Counted from the first letter of the stretch, positions 30,728 to 42,301 are shown. The stretch is 64,000 nucleotides of DNA from an uncultured Barnesiella sp. (GCA_902471075.1 CABRIW010000008.1:54225-118224), one strand, 5' to 3'. A program made the numbers and translations. Notes: generated from the sequence alone by a model not told the origin.

Positions 30728-30949
30728 ACCGATTCTATTTGCAATACCCGTTTCATTCCGGGGCTTGTGGGGCAAAGGTACGCATTTCTTCCGACTCTGC
30801 CCGCAGGTGTTTGCAGAAAAACAACGTACTCGCACAGAATACCGTCCGCTTCCATCCCGAACACCCGTCGCGCACCCCAATTTGCTTTTTTTGCTCTTTT
30901 CCCTTGCCGGGCCCGGTAAAAGGCGTATTTTTGTAAAAAACTTGTAGCT

Positions 30950-31795
30950 ATGAAAAAGGTATCGTTACTGAGTATAATCGCCTTGGTGGGCTGTTTATAT
31001 TCCTGCAATTTCAAGAGTAACAACTCGACCGACGACACAACGGCCGACACGGTCGCCGTGAAGGAGGTTGTCATCAAAGAGAGCTATCACCTTGCGGGCG
31101 ATACGGCCCAACCGGCCTGCAAGGTCTCGGTAACCATCGACGTTCCTACGAAATATCGGCAGGAAGGCGACGGCATTCGGTTGCAAAAGATGCTTTCACC
31201 GCTGGTATTCGGCGACGATTATGCCAGCGACTCCCTGTTCGAGAGTTCGGCACAGAAGGCCGTAGCGTCGCACATAGCCGCCTATAAGGAGCTCGAACCC
31301 GAGTTTGAAAAGGAGTTGAAGGAGAACGGACCCTCCTACTCGTGCGAGTGGGAGTTCGACTACACCCTCTCCACGGTCTATAACCGCAACGACTTCTTCT
31401 GTTACAGCCTCTCCACCTCGGAGTATACAGGCGGAGCCCATGGCATGTATTCCGACCTGTTCTACACGATAGACCTTTCGGACTGGCATCGCATCGTTCT
31501 CGAAGATATTTTCCTGCCCGAATCGACCGACCAGGTAAACCGTGTATTGCTGGACCAGCTGCTCAAGAGCCAGAACCTGGCTTCGCCCGATTCGCTGCTC
31601 GAACTGGGTTTCTTCGATACCGAAAACATTGCGGCCAACGAGAACTTCTACCTTACCGACAACAGCATCTGCTGGATATTCAATCCCTACGAGATTGCCT
31701 GCTATGCCACGGGACAGGTACATATCGAGGTCCCCTTCAAAGAGATTGAGATGTATATGCTCCCCGAGAGCCCCGTAAGACGTTTGATTAAATAA
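30950..31795 (+). CDS. Lipoprotein with DUF3298/DUF4163 (RsiV/PdaC-like) domains
   Basis: 281 aa. Lipobox LVGCLYSC. The C-terminal region ...YTGGAHGMY... is typical of DUF3298. Confidence 0.72.
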   Translation: MKKVSLLSIIALVGCLYSCNFKSNNSTDDTTADTVAVKEVVIKESYHLAGDTAQPACKVSVTIDVPTKYRQEGDGIRLQKMLSPLVFGDDYASDSLFESSAQKAVASHIAAYKELEPEFEKELKENGPSYSCEWEFDYTLSTVYNRNDFFCYSLSTSEYTGGAHGMYSDLFYTIDLSDWHRIVLEDIFLPESTDQVNRVLLDQLLKSQNLASPDSLLELGFFDTENIAANENFYLTDNSICWIFNPYEIACYATGQVHIEVPFKEIEMYMLPESPVRRLIK

Positions 31796-31801
31796 GACCA
31801 C

Positions 31802-32431
31802 ATGCAATATATCAAGACCTATTTTCCAAATCTGATCCCTGCCCAGGAGAGCCAATTCGAGGCTCTGGGCCCCTTGTACACCGACTGGAACGCCAAGATC
31901 AACGTAATCTCGCGCAAGGATATAGACAACCTCTATCTGCACCACATACTCCACTCGCTGGGTATCGCCAAGGTCATCGACTTTACCGATGGCACCACGA
32001 TACTCGACGTGGGTACCGGCGGCGGATTCCCGGGCATTCCGCTGGCCATCCTCTTTCCCCAGTGCCGTTTCCACCTGGTCGACCGGGTGGGCAAGAAAAT
32101 CAAGGTAGCCCAGAGTGTGGCCGAAGCCATCGGGTTGCAAAACGTCACCTTCCAGCACGGCAGTGTAGAGGAGCTCAAGACCGAGTACGATTTCGTGGTG
32201 AGCCGGGCCGTCATGCCCCTGCCCGACCTGCTGAAACTGATTCGAAAGAACATCCGGCGCGAGCAGCAGAACGCGTTGCCCAACGGATTGCTCTGCCTCA
32301 AGGGAGGCGACTTGCAGAGCGAACTCGCTCCGGTGAAGAAGACGTCGATTCTCTTCAACCTGAGCGACTACTTCAAAGAGGAGTATTTCGAGACGAAGAA
32401 GGTCATCTATGTACAGATTGTAAAAAAATAG
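31802..32431 (+). CDS. rsmG: 16S rRNA (guanine527-N7)-methyltransferase
   Basis: 209 aa. SAM motif ILDVGTGGGFPGIPLAI. RsmG/GidB family. Confidence 0.93.
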   Translation: MQYIKTYFPNLIPAQESQFEALGPLYTDWNAKINVISRKDIDNLYLHHILHSLGIAKVIDFTDGTTILDVGTGGGFPGIPLAILFPQCRFHLVDRVGKKIKVAQSVAEAIGLQNVTFQHGSVEELKTEYDFVVSRAVMPLPDLLKLIRKNIRREQQNALPNGLLCLKGGDLQSELAPVKKTSILFNLSDYFKEEYFETKKVIYVQIVKK

Positions 32432-32436
32432 AAGCC

Positions 32437-33075
32437 ATGAAGATAAACCGTTTCTACTTCAACATGCTCCCCGTGAACAGCTACGTGCTGTGGGACGACG
32501 AGAGCCGGGAGTGTGCCATTGTCGATGCCGGGTGCTACTATCCCAAGGAAGAGGAGACTCTGGCCCGATTTATCGCCGACAACCGGTTGACGGTAAAATA
32601 TCTGCTGGCTACCCACCTGCATTTCGACCACTGCTTCGGCAACGCTTTTGTTGCCCAGCGGTACGGAGTCGCCCTCAGTGCCTCGCAAGCCGACGAGTTT
32701 CTGTTGCAGCACATGCCCCAGCAGTGTCAGGCATTCGGTATCCCGTTCAAAGGGGAAATCGAGCCCATCGGCCACTACATTACCCACGGCGACACCTTCA
32801 CGCTCGGGACGGAAGAGATTCGAGCCATTGCCGTGCCGGGACATTCGCCGGGCAGTCTGGCCTTCTATGCCCCCGAATCGGGTTTTGTCCTTTCGGGCGA
32901 CGCCCTCTTTCAGTTGAGTATCGGACGCACCGATTTCCCCGGCGGAAATCACCGCCAGCTAATCGAGTCGATTCATAAAAATCTATTGACATTACCCCCC
33001 GAAACGGTGGTCTATCCCGGGCACGGCCCCGAGACCGAAATAGGCATCGAACGCAACGAGAACCCCTTTCTATGA
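32437..33075 (+). CDS. MBL-fold metallo-hydrolase (glyoxalase II-like)
   Basis: Track ORF 32062..33075. Start is MKINRFYFNMLPVNSYVLWD (ATG at 32437). Has the HxHxDH motif THLHFDHC. Confidence 0.85.
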   Translation: MKINRFYFNMLPVNSYVLWDDESRECAIVDAGCYYPKEEETLARFIADNRLTVKYLLATHLHFDHCFGNAFVAQRYGVALSASQADEFLLQHMPQQCQAFGIPFKGEIEPIGHYITHGDTFTLGTEEIRAIAVPGHSPGSLAFYAPESGFVLSGDALFQLSIGRTDFPGGNHRQLIESIHKNLLTLPPETVVYPGHGPETEIGIERNENPFL

Positions 33076-34488
33076 GAGGGGTTCTTTGTTTTCATCGGGT
33101 TTGATATTCCCCAGCAAAAACTCTTTGAGCGACTGGATGGCCGTCTGTACGTTTTTCCATTGCTGCTGCTCCTCGGCCGGCAATTCGCTGAAATCGAAGG
33201 TGTGGGCCATCTTGTCAATCAGTTCGACCTGATGTTCGGCTGCGGCCTCGTTGTGGTTGCGGGCATAGGCCAACACCAGATTGAAGCGGGTCTGCAAGTC
33301 GTACATGTCGCCCTGAAGCACCTCCTCGAAAGCCTCGATGGCCTCTTCGTAATTCTCCAGATGCAAACAGGCCACCCCCTTCAGCCGCAGGGTCTCCCGG
33401 TCGTCGGAATTCAAGGCCAGCGAGCGGGACAGATGACGATAGGCCTTTTCGTAATCGCCCACCTGCAAAAATATTTCGCCCAGAAACGAGTGGGCCTCGT
33501 CGTCCCGTTCGTCGAGACTAATCGTGTCTTGCAGATAGATGATGGCCTCCCGAATCTTCCCCAGGTCGTAATAGCAGGTAGCCAGCTGGTAACAGATATT
33601 CGAGTTGCCGGGATCGGCTTCGAGCGCCTTGTGAAAGTAGGTCAAGGCGTTGTTGTAATCCTCCCGCTTGATGTAGCACTCCCCTATCAATTCGTAGGCC
33701 ACCGACTTGTCCTTGGTCACCTCGGCATACTCCTTGAACTGCGCGATAGCCTTGTCGTATTGGCCCGAGTCGTAGTAGCAATACCCTTTGAACGAGAGCA
33801 CCGCCTCGTCGTCTTCCTTCACGGTCAGGGCAAAATCGCAAGCCTCGATGGCCTTGTCGTAGTGCTTGAGCAGAGCCTCGACCTTGGCCAGCGAAAACCA
33901 GTCGGTCACCGAATAGGGATCCTTATCGATCAGCTTGTTGTAAATCACAATGGCCCGGTCGTACTCCGACCGGTCTTCACAGAGGGCTGCCATCTCGCGC
34001 AGCAGTTCGCGGCTGTCGGGCAACACCTTCTCGGCCTTCTGTACAAACTCGACCAACCCGTCGAAACAATTATAGTCGGCATAGATGTCGATAGCCTCGA
34101 AACAAATATCCTCCTGCAACTCATCACTGTCGAGCAACGAGAGCATCAGCCTGTGAGCCGGTTTCACCTGCCCGTCGAGGAAAAGGAGCTCGGCCCGTAT
34201 GAGGGTGGCATCGGGGCTGTAATCGGCCAGCTCCGACATGATTTTTCTGGCCTCGTCCACCCGGTCGAGATAGAGCAGATAGCGGGCCTGTTTAAGGCGC
34301 AGGTCCACATCGTCGGGGTGCAGTTTCAACCCGAACTCAACGGCATGCAGAGCCTTGGGCATCTGCCCTTTGGATTCGTAATGGTCGGCAATTTCGTCGA
34401 TTTCGTCGGAATCGAAATAGCAACTGCCCGTTCCCGACAGCATTTGTTCGTACCGCTCTATGAGTTCATTGGATTTTTTGGAAGACAT
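33070..34488 (-). CDS. TPR-repeat protein
   Basis: 472 aa, many TPR units, no signal peptide. Confidence 0.78.
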   Translation of the reverse strand: MSSKKSNELIERYEQMLSGTGSCYFDSDEIDEIADHYESKGQMPKALHAVEFGLKLHPDDVDLRLKQARYLLYLDRVDEARKIMSELADYSPDATLIRAELLFLDGQVKPAHRLMLSLLDSDELQEDICFEAIDIYADYNCFDGLVEFVQKAEKVLPDSRELLREMAALCEDRSEYDRAIVIYNKLIDKDPYSVTDWFSLAKVEALLKHYDKAIEACDFALTVKEDDEAVLSFKGYCYYDSGQYDKAIAQFKEYAEVTKDKSVAYELIGECYIKREDYNNALTYFHKALEADPGNSNICYQLATCYYDLGKIREAIIYLQDTISLDERDDEAHSFLGEIFLQVGDYEKAYRHLSRSLALNSDDRETLRLKGVACLHLENYEEAIEAFEEVLQGDMYDLQTRFNLVLAYARNHNEAAAEHQVELIDKMAHTFDFSELPAEEQQQWKNVQTAIQSLKEFLLGNIKPDENKEPLS

Positions 34489-34567
34489 TCTTGCTTGGCT
34501 TTCAGATAAAAACTGCCGGACTCCTTGCCTGGCAAAGAATCCGACAGTATGGAAATGGAATGGTATC

Positions 34568-36274
34568 TTATTTCGATTTCAGTTTTTCCCAGCTGTCTTT
34601 CAACGACACGGTGCGGTTGAAGACCAGATGACCTTCGGTCGAATCGGGATCGACGCAGAAGTATCCCGTACGTTGGAACTGGAAGCGGTCGCCCGGTTTG
34701 GCGTTCTCGGCCAGATAGGGCTCGATGCGGCAGTTGTCGATTACCTTCAGCGAATCGGGGTTCAACAGCTCTCGGAAGTCGACATCCTTCTCTTCCGAGG
34801 GGTTCTCCACGTTGAAGAGCCGGTCGTAAAGTCGTACCTCGGCCGTAGAGCTGTATTGGGCCGATACCCAGTGCAACGTGCCTTTCACCTTGCGCATGCT
34901 GCCCGGCATGCCGCTGCGGGTCTCGGGGTCGTATTCGCAATAAATCTCCTCGATGTTCCCGTCGGCATCTTTCTTCACACCGGTACATTTGATGATGTAG
35001 GCGGCTTTCAGGCGCACCTCCTGGTCGGGAGCCAGACGGAAGAACTTCTTCGGCGGGTTCTCCATGAAGTCGTCGCGCTCGATGTACAACTCGCGGGTGA
35101 AGGGAATCTTGTGAGTTCCGGCTTCGGGATCCTCGGGGTTATTCTCGATGTCGAGGTATTCGACTTGACCCTCGGGATAGTTGGTAATAATCAGTTTCAC
35201 CGGATTGAGCACGGCCGATACGCGGGTAGCGGTCTTGTTCAGGTCTTCGCGAATGCTGTGTTCGAGCAGCGATACGCTGATGATGCCGTCGTATTTGGTG
35301 TAACCGATTTTCTGGATAAAGTTCTTGATGGATTCGGGCGTATATCCGCGACGACGCAAACCGCAGAGAGTCGGCATACGCGGGTCGTCCCAACCGGCTA
35401 CCAGCCCCTCCTTGACCAGTTGCAGCAGTTTACGCTTGCTCATCACCGTGTAGGTGAGGTTCAACCGGTTGAACTCGATTTGTCGCGGGCAGTAGCTCTC
35501 GTCGGCCAGTTCCTTCACGAAATACTCGTACAAGGGGCGGTGCACCTCAAACTCCAGCGTACAGATCGAGTGCGTCACACCCTCGAAGTAGTCGGACTGT
35601 CCGTGGGCAAAATCGTACATGGGATATACGTTCCACTTCGTGCCCGTACGGTGGTGCGGGTGCTTGATGATACGGTACATGATGGGGTCTCTGAAGTGCA
35701 TGTTGGGCGACGCCATATCGATTTTTGCCCGCAACACGAAGCGGCCCTCCTCGAATTCGCCCTTGTTCATGCGCTCAAACAGGTCGAGGTTCTCTTCGAC
35801 GCTGCGGTTGCGGTAGGGACTCTCGATGCCCGGTTGCGTGGGGGTACCCTTCTGGCGGGCAATCTCCTCCGACGACTGTTCGTCGACATAGGCTTTACCC
35901 TCCTTAATCATGCGGATGGCCAAATCCCACAGTTTGGGGAAGTAGTCCGACGCATAGTACAAGCGGTCGCCCCAGTCGAAGCCCAACCAGTGAATGTCTT
36001 CCTTGATCGAGTCGACATATTCGACATCCTCCTTGACAGGGTTGGTATCGTCGAAACGCAAGTTGCAGGTACCGCCGAACTTCTCGGCAATACCGAAGTC
36101 TATGCAAATGGCTTTCGCATGACCTATATGCAGGTAGCCGTTCGGTTCGGGCGGAAAACGGGTGCTCAAACGACCTCCATTCTTACCCGCCTTCAAGTCG
36201 GCCTCTACAATCTGTTCTATGAAATTGAGACTTTTCTTGTCTTCTCCTTCGTTATTGGTTTCAATCTGTGTCAT
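34568..36274 (-). CDS. glnS: Glutamine--tRNA ligase
   Basis: 568 aa. HIGH motif [14 protein letters not shown] and the KMSKS region (VMSKRKL). Confidence 0.96.
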   Translation of the reverse strand: MTQIETNNEGEDKKSLNFIEQIVEADLKAGKNGGRLSTRFPPEPNGYLHIGHAKAICIDFGIAEKFGGTCNLRFDDTNPVKEDVEYVDSIKEDIHWLGFDWGDRLYYASDYFPKLWDLAIRMIKEGKAYVDEQSSEEIARQKGTPTQPGIESPYRNRSVEENLDLFERMNKGEFEEGRFVLRAKIDMASPNMHFRDPIMYRIIKHPHHRTGTKWNVYPMYDFAHGQSDYFEGVTHSICTLEFEVHRPLYEYFVKELADESYCPRQIEFNRLNLTYTVMSKRKLLQLVKEGLVAGWDDPRMPTLCGLRRRGYTPESIKNFIQKIGYTKYDGIISVSLLEHSIREDLNKTATRVSAVLNPVKLIITNYPEGQVEYLDIENNPEDPEAGTHKIPFTRELYIERDDFMENPPKKFFRLAPDQEVRLKAAYIIKCTGVKKDADGNIEEIYCEYDPETRSGMPGSMRKVKGTLHWVSAQYSSTAEVRLYDRLFNVENPSEEKDVDFRELLNPDSLKVIDNCRIEPYLAENAKPGDRFQFQRTGYFCVDPDSTEGHLVFNRTVSLKDSWEKLKSK

Positions 36275-36384
36275 AAATGCGCTTATTTATAGGGCGCAAA
36301 TATAACAATAAATATCCAAAAACAGTTTTATTAAGCAAAAAATAGCAGATAGTCGGTAATAGTTTGCAAAAGTACAGCCCCCGA

Positions 36385-36765
36385 TTATATCCAGTTCATC
36401 TCGCTGTAATAGCGCATCAGGTTGGCAATGGCCTCTTGCAAATCGGCATGTAACTGGTGAGTCATGCGATGAATGGAGATTCGGCCGTGACCATTCATCT
36501 TGGTCAGCAACAGGGCCGAAAAGAGACGTTTTCGAGCCTCCTCGCCCAACTTGTTGTTGAAGCCTACGGTCACACTGTCGTCGTGTTTGGCTACATATCC
36601 CAGCAACTCCTCCGAGCTTTGCGATTGACCAGCCTGTTGTTTGATAGCCCACACTTCGTAGTGGTAGTCGTCGTTGATTGTAGCTACATAAGGCGGAACT
36701 GCCGACTGGAACATCCGCCGAATATCTTTGTAAATCGAGCTTATTGAATCCATCTCTTTTTTCAA
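36385..36765 (-). CDS. Hypothetical protein, 126 aa (alternative start MDSISSIY)
   Basis: ORF with host-like codon usage between glnS and mutS2. I recognise no motif. Confidence 0.45.
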   Translation of the reverse strand: MKKEMDSISSIYKDIRRMFQSAVPPYVATINDDYHYEVWAIKQQAGQSQSSEELLGYVAKHDDSVTVGFNNKLGEEARKRLFSALLLTKMNGHGRISIHRMTHQLHADLQEAIANLMRYYSEMNWI

Positions 36766-36877
36766 TTAACGGTTATACGCGCTTTATTACACCTAACCCC
36801 TGCTTTTTGTTCGGTGGCAAATGTCGATTATCCCCACGCTTTTATTACTTTTGTATGCTTTTTCTAAATTATAAGAT

Positions 36878-39358
36878 GTGATATATCCGCAGAATTTCGA
36901 GCAGAAGATAGGTTTCGACCAGATACGGTCGCTCATTAAAGAGAAGTGTCTCAGCAGTCTGGGAACGGACTATACCGACAGAATGCAATTCTCTACCGAC
37001 TACGACACCATACGCAAGCAGCTGAACTGCACATGGGAGTTTGTGCACATTATCGAGCAGGCCGACGATTTCCCGGCCGACTTCTTTTTCGATGTACGCT
37101 CTTCGTTGAAACGGGTTCGCATCGAAGGGACCTTTCTGGAAGAGAGCGAACTGTTCGACCTGCGGCGGTCGCTCGACACCATTCAGGCCATCGTGCGCTT
37201 TCTTCGCCCCGGCGAAGAGGAGGAGATCCGCTATCCCCACCTGTATGAACTGGCCCAAGAGGTAGAGGCATTCCCCCAGTTGATCAAACAGATTGACACG
37301 ATTCTCGACAAATTCGGCCATATCAAGGATAGTGCCTCGCCCGCCCTGGCCCAGATTCGCAGCAGCATCGCCTCGACCCTCTCGAGCATATCGCGCAACC
37401 TGAACTCCATCCTGCGGGCGGCACAGAGCGAAGGTTTCGTCGACAAAGAGGTGAGCCCCACCATGCGCGACGGCCGGCTGGTAATACCGGTGGCCCCCTC
37501 GTACAAACGGAAGATCAAGGGTATCGTACACGACGAGTCGGCCAGTGGCAAGACCATATTCATCGAACCGGCCGAAGTAGTCGAGGCCAACAACCGGGTG
37601 CGCGAACTCGAAAACGAGGAGCGACGCGAAATCGTGCGCATACTCACCGCCTTTACCGATACCCTGCGCCCCTATATCGACGAAATCATCTACTCCTACG
37701 AGTTTCTGGCCGAGATAGATTTCATCCGGGCCAAGGCCCTCCTGGCGCTGGAGACCGGCGGCACATTGCCCCGCTTCGAGAACAAACGGCAAATCGAGTG
37801 GTACCACGCCGTGCACCCCCTGCTCTACCTTTCGCTCAAGCGACAGGGCAAGACCGTCGTACCCCTCGACCTGACCCTCGACGAGAAAAACCGCATCCTG
37901 CTCATCTCGGGGCCCAACGCCGGCGGAAAATCGGTCTGTCTCAAAACGGCCGGACTGTTGCAATACATGTTGCAGTGCGGCCTGCTGGTACCCATGTACG
38001 ACAACTCCCGTACCGGCATCTTCAAGGACATATTCATCGACATCGGCGACGAGCAGTCTATCGAGGACGACCTGAGTACATACAGTTCACACCTCACGCA
38101 CATGAAATTTTTCGTGCGGAATGCCAACGAGAACAGCCTCCTGCTCATCGACGAGTTCGGTGGTGGCACCGAGCCCCAAATCGGTGGAGCCATTGCCGAG
38201 GCCCTGCTCGACCGTTTCAACCAGAAGCGGGCCTACGGAGTCATCACGACCCACTACCAGAACCTGAAGCATTTTGCCGAAGACACCGACGGCATCGTCA
38301 ACGGCGCCATGCTCTACGACCGTCACCTCATGCAACCGCTCTTCAAGCTATCTATCGGTAACCCCGGCAGCTCGTTTGCCATCGAGATAGCCCGCAAGAT
38401 AGGTTTGCCCGAAGATGTCATCGCCTCGGCCTCCGAGAAGGTGGGTTCGGCCTACATCGACATGGACAAGTATCTGCAGGACATCGTGCGCGACAAACGC
38501 TACTGGGAGAGCAAACGCCAGAACATACGCCAGCGCGAGAAGAAGCTCGAGGAGCTCACCGCCCGCTACGAGGCCGACCTCACCGCTCTGGAAAAGCAAC
38601 GCAAGGAGCTGCTGAAACAGGCCAAAGGCGATGCCGCCCAGATTCTGGCCGAGGCCAATGCACGCATCGAGAACACGATACGCGAAATCAAGGAGGCACA
38701 GGCCGAGAAGGAGAAGACCCGTGCTGCCCGCCAGAAGTTCGAACAGTTTAAAGCCGGACTGAGCGAAGAGTCTGAACCCGCGGCCGACGACCTGGTGAGC
38801 CGCAAGCTCAAACAGATTGCCGAGCGGAAGAAACGCAAGCAACAGCGCAAGAAGAGCGAAGAACCCCAACCGCAGGCCGCAGCCCCCTCTCCTCTCGCCG
38901 CAGGCGATGCCGTGCGACTGAAGGGGCAAACCTCGGTAGGCGAAGTGCTCGAAGTGAATGGTAACAACGTAATCGTAGCTTTCGGGATGCTCAAGTCGAC
39001 CGTCAAGGCCGACCGGCTGGAGCGGGTAAGCAAAAGCCAGATCAAGAAAGAGAATGCCAAGGCTACCTTTATCGGGGTACAGACTACCGAAGACATGCGG
39101 GAGAAGCAGCTCAACTTCAAGCAGGAAATCGACGTGCGGGGCATGCGGGCCGACGAGGCGTTGCAGGCAGTCACCTATTTTATCGACGATGCCATACAGG
39201 TGGGCTGTACCCGCGTGCGCATTCTGCACGGTACGGGCACCGGCGTGCTGCGGCAGGTCATCCGGCAATACCTCAAGACCGTGCCGGGCGTGGCCCACTT
39301 TCAGGACGAGCACGTGCAGCTGGGCGGTGCCGGCATTACGGTAGTCGAGCTGAACTAA
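36878..39358 (+). CDS. mutS2: Endonuclease MutS2 (MutS domains plus C-terminal Smr)
   Basis: 826 aa. Walker A GPNAGGKS. Lys/Glu-rich linker and a C-terminal Smr domain. Confidence 0.94.
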   Translation: MIYPQNFEQKIGFDQIRSLIKEKCLSSLGTDYTDRMQFSTDYDTIRKQLNCTWEFVHIIEQADDFPADFFFDVRSSLKRVRIEGTFLEESELFDLRRSLDTIQAIVRFLRPGEEEEIRYPHLYELAQEVEAFPQLIKQIDTILDKFGHIKDSASPALAQIRSSIASTLSSISRNLNSILRAAQSEGFVDKEVSPTMRDGRLVIPVAPSYKRKIKGIVHDESASGKTIFIEPAEVVEANNRVRELENEERREIVRILTAFTDTLRPYIDEIIYSYEFLAEIDFIRAKALLALETGGTLPRFENKRQIEWYHAVHPLLYLSLKRQGKTVVPLDLTLDEKNRILLISGPNAGGKSVCLKTAGLLQYMLQCGLLVPMYDNSRTGIFKDIFIDIGDEQSIEDDLSTYSSHLTHMKFFVRNANENSLLLIDEFGGGTEPQIGGAIAEALLDRFNQKRAYGVITTHYQNLKHFAEDTDGIVNGAMLYDRHLMQPLFKLSIGNPGSSFAIEIARKIGLPEDVIASASEKVGSAYIDMDKYLQDIVRDKRYWESKRQNIRQREKKLEELTARYEADLTALEKQRKELLKQAKGDAAQILAEANARIENTIREIKEAQAEKEKTRAARQKFEQFKAGLSEESEPAADDLVSRKLKQIAERKKRKQQRKKSEEPQPQAAAPSPLAAGDAVRLKGQTSVGEVLEVNGNNVIVAFGMLKSTVKADRLERVSKSQIKKENAKATFIGVQTTEDMREKQLNFKQEIDVRGMRADEALQAVTYFIDDAIQVGCTRVRILHGTGTGVLRQVIRQYLKTVPGVAHFQDEHVQLGGAGITVVELN

Positions 39359-39371
39359 ATGCTACGGACGG

Positions 39372-40049
39372 TTACAGGTTATACACCTCGTCGACCGTAT
39401 AGTTGAAGAAATCGTTTACCGGTTTCATTATCTCGAAAGCATGAGCCGTCTGCTCCACCCAGTCGGGGGCATCGAAAAAGCTGTCGGGAGCGAGATGGAC
39501 CATCACATAATCTTTCCGTTTGAGCCACTCGGCCTGCTCGCAATCGCGGGGGAACGGCCGGGGTACCACCTTGAGGGTCTCGCCCTCCCAATCGGGATAA
39601 AGCGTCTTGAACTGCGGGCGGTCGATAAGTTCCTGAAACTCGTCGTAGTTGTCGTAAATCGCCTGTCGCAAAGCCTTCAGCAGCTTCGGCTCGGGGCACC
39701 ATACCCCGCCGCTAATCATACAGTTGCCCGGCTCGAGATGAAAGTAGTAACCGGCCCGCAGGCTCTTGCGCCCGCCCTTGGCCATATAGGCCGACATATA
39801 GGTTTTATAAGGGGTCTTGTCGGGCGAGAAACGAATATCGCGATAGATACGATACATGCACGATTTCGCCTCCAGTCCCGCAATCTCGTCGTCGAACTGC
39901 GCGATGCGGTCGATCAGTTGCTGCACCTTGTCGATAAAGAGCGGGCGCAATTGGTCATACTCCTCTTTGTGGGCCTGAAACCAATCCCGATTATTGTTTT
40001 CTCTCAGTCGAGTCAAATAGGACAATATCTCTTTCATATTCTTTAGCAT
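39372..40049 (-). CDS. DUF2461 (TIGR02453) family protein
   Basis: Track ORF extends to 40169. Conserved start is MLKNMKEILSYLTRLRENNNRDWF (ATG at 40049), a typical DUF2461 N-terminus. Confidence 0.72.
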   Translation of the reverse strand: MLKNMKEILSYLTRLRENNNRDWFQAHKEEYDQLRPLFIDKVQQLIDRIAQFDDEIAGLEAKSCMYRIYRDIRFSPDKTPYKTYMSAYMAKGGRKSLRAGYYFHLEPGNCMISGGVWCPEPKLLKALRQAIYDNYDEFQELIDRPQFKTLYPDWEGETLKVVPRPFPRDCEQAEWLKRKDYVMVHLAPDSFFDAPDWVEQTAHAFEIMKPVNDFFNYTVDEVYNL

Positions 40050-40250
40050 TGTATCGGTTCGATACCGAGTAATCACATTTCTTATTTGGGAAGCAAATAT
40101 AGATTTTTTTGTTCGTTCTGTCACGTAAAAACGCATTTTATGCTCCCCCGTGGCAAAAAACAAGCGCAAGAATACCCGCTATGTTTCCATTTTTTACTAA
40201 CTTGCCACGATTTTGTAAAAAGCGATACACAAAAACAGAATAAAAATAAG

Positions 40251-42209
40251 ATGGAAACAAACGAAAAACAACCTGTCGACTTGCCCGAAAACGCGTTTCG
40301 GGAGTTGAAACCGGGTGAGGAATACCGTCCTATTCTCTCGCCCGACAAAGTCTATCCCGAGGCGAATGCCTGGTCGGTGACCTGGGGTATCGTCATGGCG
40401 ATTATCTTCTCGGCCGCCGCTGCTTACCTGGGATTGCGGGTAGGACAAGTGTTCGAGGCCGCCATACCTATCGCCATCATTGCCGTAGGTCTGTCGGGAG
40501 CCGCCAAGCGCAAGAATGCCCTGGGCGAAAATGTGATTATCCAATCGATCGGAGCCTGCTCGGGCGTCATCGTGGCCGGTGCTATCTTCACCCTGCCTGC
40601 CCTCTATATCCTGCAGGCCAAGTATCCCGAACTGACCGTCAACTTCATGGAGGTATTCCTCAGCTCGCTGCTGGGCGGTATTCTGGGTATCCTGTTCCTG
40701 ATACCTTTCCGTAAATATTTTGTATCCGACATGCACGGCAAATACCCCTTCCCCGAAGCTACGGCTACGGCTCAGGTACTCGTGTCGGGCGAGAAGGGCG
40801 GCAGTCAGGCCAAACCCCTGATTCTGGCCGGTCTTGTGGGCGGTATCTACGACTTCTGCCTCTCGACCTTCGGCTGGTGGAGCGATGTGCTCACGACCCG
40901 TGTAATACCCTGGGGCACCGAGTTGGCCAACAACGTGAAGATGGTGTTCAAGGTCAATACCGGCGCCGCCGTGTTGGGCCTCGGCTACATCGTGGGTTTG
41001 AAATACAGCCTCATTATCTGCTCGGGCTCTCTCTTCGTGTGGTTCATCATTATCCCGCTGCTGGGTAGTGTGCCCGGCAGTGAACTGGCTGCCGCTGCTC
41101 CCGAAGAGATTTTCACCAACTACGGCCGCTACATCGGTATCGGCGGTATCGCCATGGCCGGTGTTATCGGCATTATCCGCTCGTGGGGCATCATCAAAGG
41201 TGCGCTGGGACTGGCTACGAAAGAGTTTTCGAGCAAGAAGGATAGCGACGACAACAAGGCACCGCGCACCCAGCGCGACCTCTCGATGAAATTCATCGTC
41301 GGGGCCATCGTCATAGCGCTGATTGTGACCTTCCTCTTCTTCTACCTGGGTGTCATCAACAACCTGCTGCAAGCCGTCGTTGCCTTTGTCGTGGTAGCCG
41401 GCATCGCCTTCCTCTTCACCACGGTAGCCGCCAACGCCATCGCTATCGTAGGTACCAACCCGGTTTCGGGCATGACGCTGATGACCCTGATTCTGGCCTC
41501 GGTTATCCTCGTGGCCGTAGGTCTGAAAGGTACCAGCGGTATGGTAGCCGCCCTCGTGATTGGCGGTGTGGTTTGTACGGCTCTCTCGATGGCCGGTGGC
41601 TTCGTGACCGACTTGAAAATCGGTTACTGGATAGGTTCTACGCCCCGCAAGCAGGAGTCTTGGAAATTCCTCGGTACCTTGGTTTCGGCTGCTACCGTAG
41701 GCGGTGTGATTCTGCTGCTGAACAAGGCTTACGGTTTCTCGGGCGAAAATGCACTCGTAGCTCCTCAGGCCAATGCCATGGCCGCCGTTATCGAGCCCCT
41801 GATGATGGGACAAGGAGCTCCCTGGCTGCTCTACGGTATCGGCGCCATTCTGGCCGTGATACTCACTTGGCTGGGTGTTCCTGCCCTGGCATTTGCCCTG
41901 GGTATGTTCATTCCGCTGGAACTGAATACGCCGCTGGTTGTGGGTGGTCTCATCAGCTGGTATGTGGGTAGCCGCTCGAAAGATGCCGCTCTCAACAAGG
42001 CTCGTGTAGACCGCGGTACCCTGCTTGCCTCGGGATTCATTGCCGGTGGTGCCCTGATGGGTGTAGTCAGCACCGGATTGAGCCTGACCAGCTTCAAATA
42101 TCAACACACGTTGAGCGAAAGCACGATGCAGATTGCCGGATTGGTGATGTATCTGTTGCTGATTGCCTTCCTCACGGTGATGAGTATGAAAGCTAAAAAA
42201 ACGAACTAA
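40251..42209 (+). CDS. OPT-family oligopeptide transporter
   Basis: Track ORF from 40086. Start is METNEKQPVDL (ATG at 40251). About 16 transmembrane helices with OPT/putative oligopeptide transporter topology. Confidence 0.82.
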   Translation: METNEKQPVDLPENAFRELKPGEEYRPILSPDKVYPEANAWSVTWGIVMAIIFSAAAAYLGLRVGQVFEAAIPIAIIAVGLSGAAKRKNALGENVIIQSIGACSGVIVAGAIFTLPALYILQAKYPELTVNFMEVFLSSLLGGILGILFLIPFRKYFVSDMHGKYPFPEATATAQVLVSGEKGGSQAKPLILAGLVGGIYDFCLSTFGWWSDVLTTRVIPWGTELANNVKMVFKVNTGAAVLGLGYIVGLKYSLIICSGSLFVWFIIIPLLGSVPGSELAAAAPEEIFTNYGRYIGIGGIAMAGVIGIIRSWGIIKGALGLATKEFSSKKDSDDNKAPRTQRDLSMKFIVGAIVIALIVTFLFFYLGVINNLLQAVVAFVVVAGIAFLFTTVAANAIAIVGTNPVSGMTLMTLILASVILVAVGLKGTSGMVAALVIGGVVCTALSMAGGFVTDLKIGYWIGSTPRKQESWKFLGTLVSAATVGGVILLLNKAYGFSGENALVAPQANAMAAVIEPLMMGQGAPWLLYGIGAILAVILTWLGVPALAFALGMFIPLELNTPLVVGGLISWYVGSRSKDAALNKARVDRGTLLASGFIAGGALMGVVSTGLSLTSFKYQHTLSESTMQIAGLVMYLLLIAFLTVMSMKAKKTN

Positions 42210-42301
42210 AACAGGTTCGAACCCATAAACGAAGAGCGGGGTTGAAATGTAAAAGTTTCGACCCCGCTCTCGTTTTATCAGTTTCTATTTATCGGCACGG
42301 C

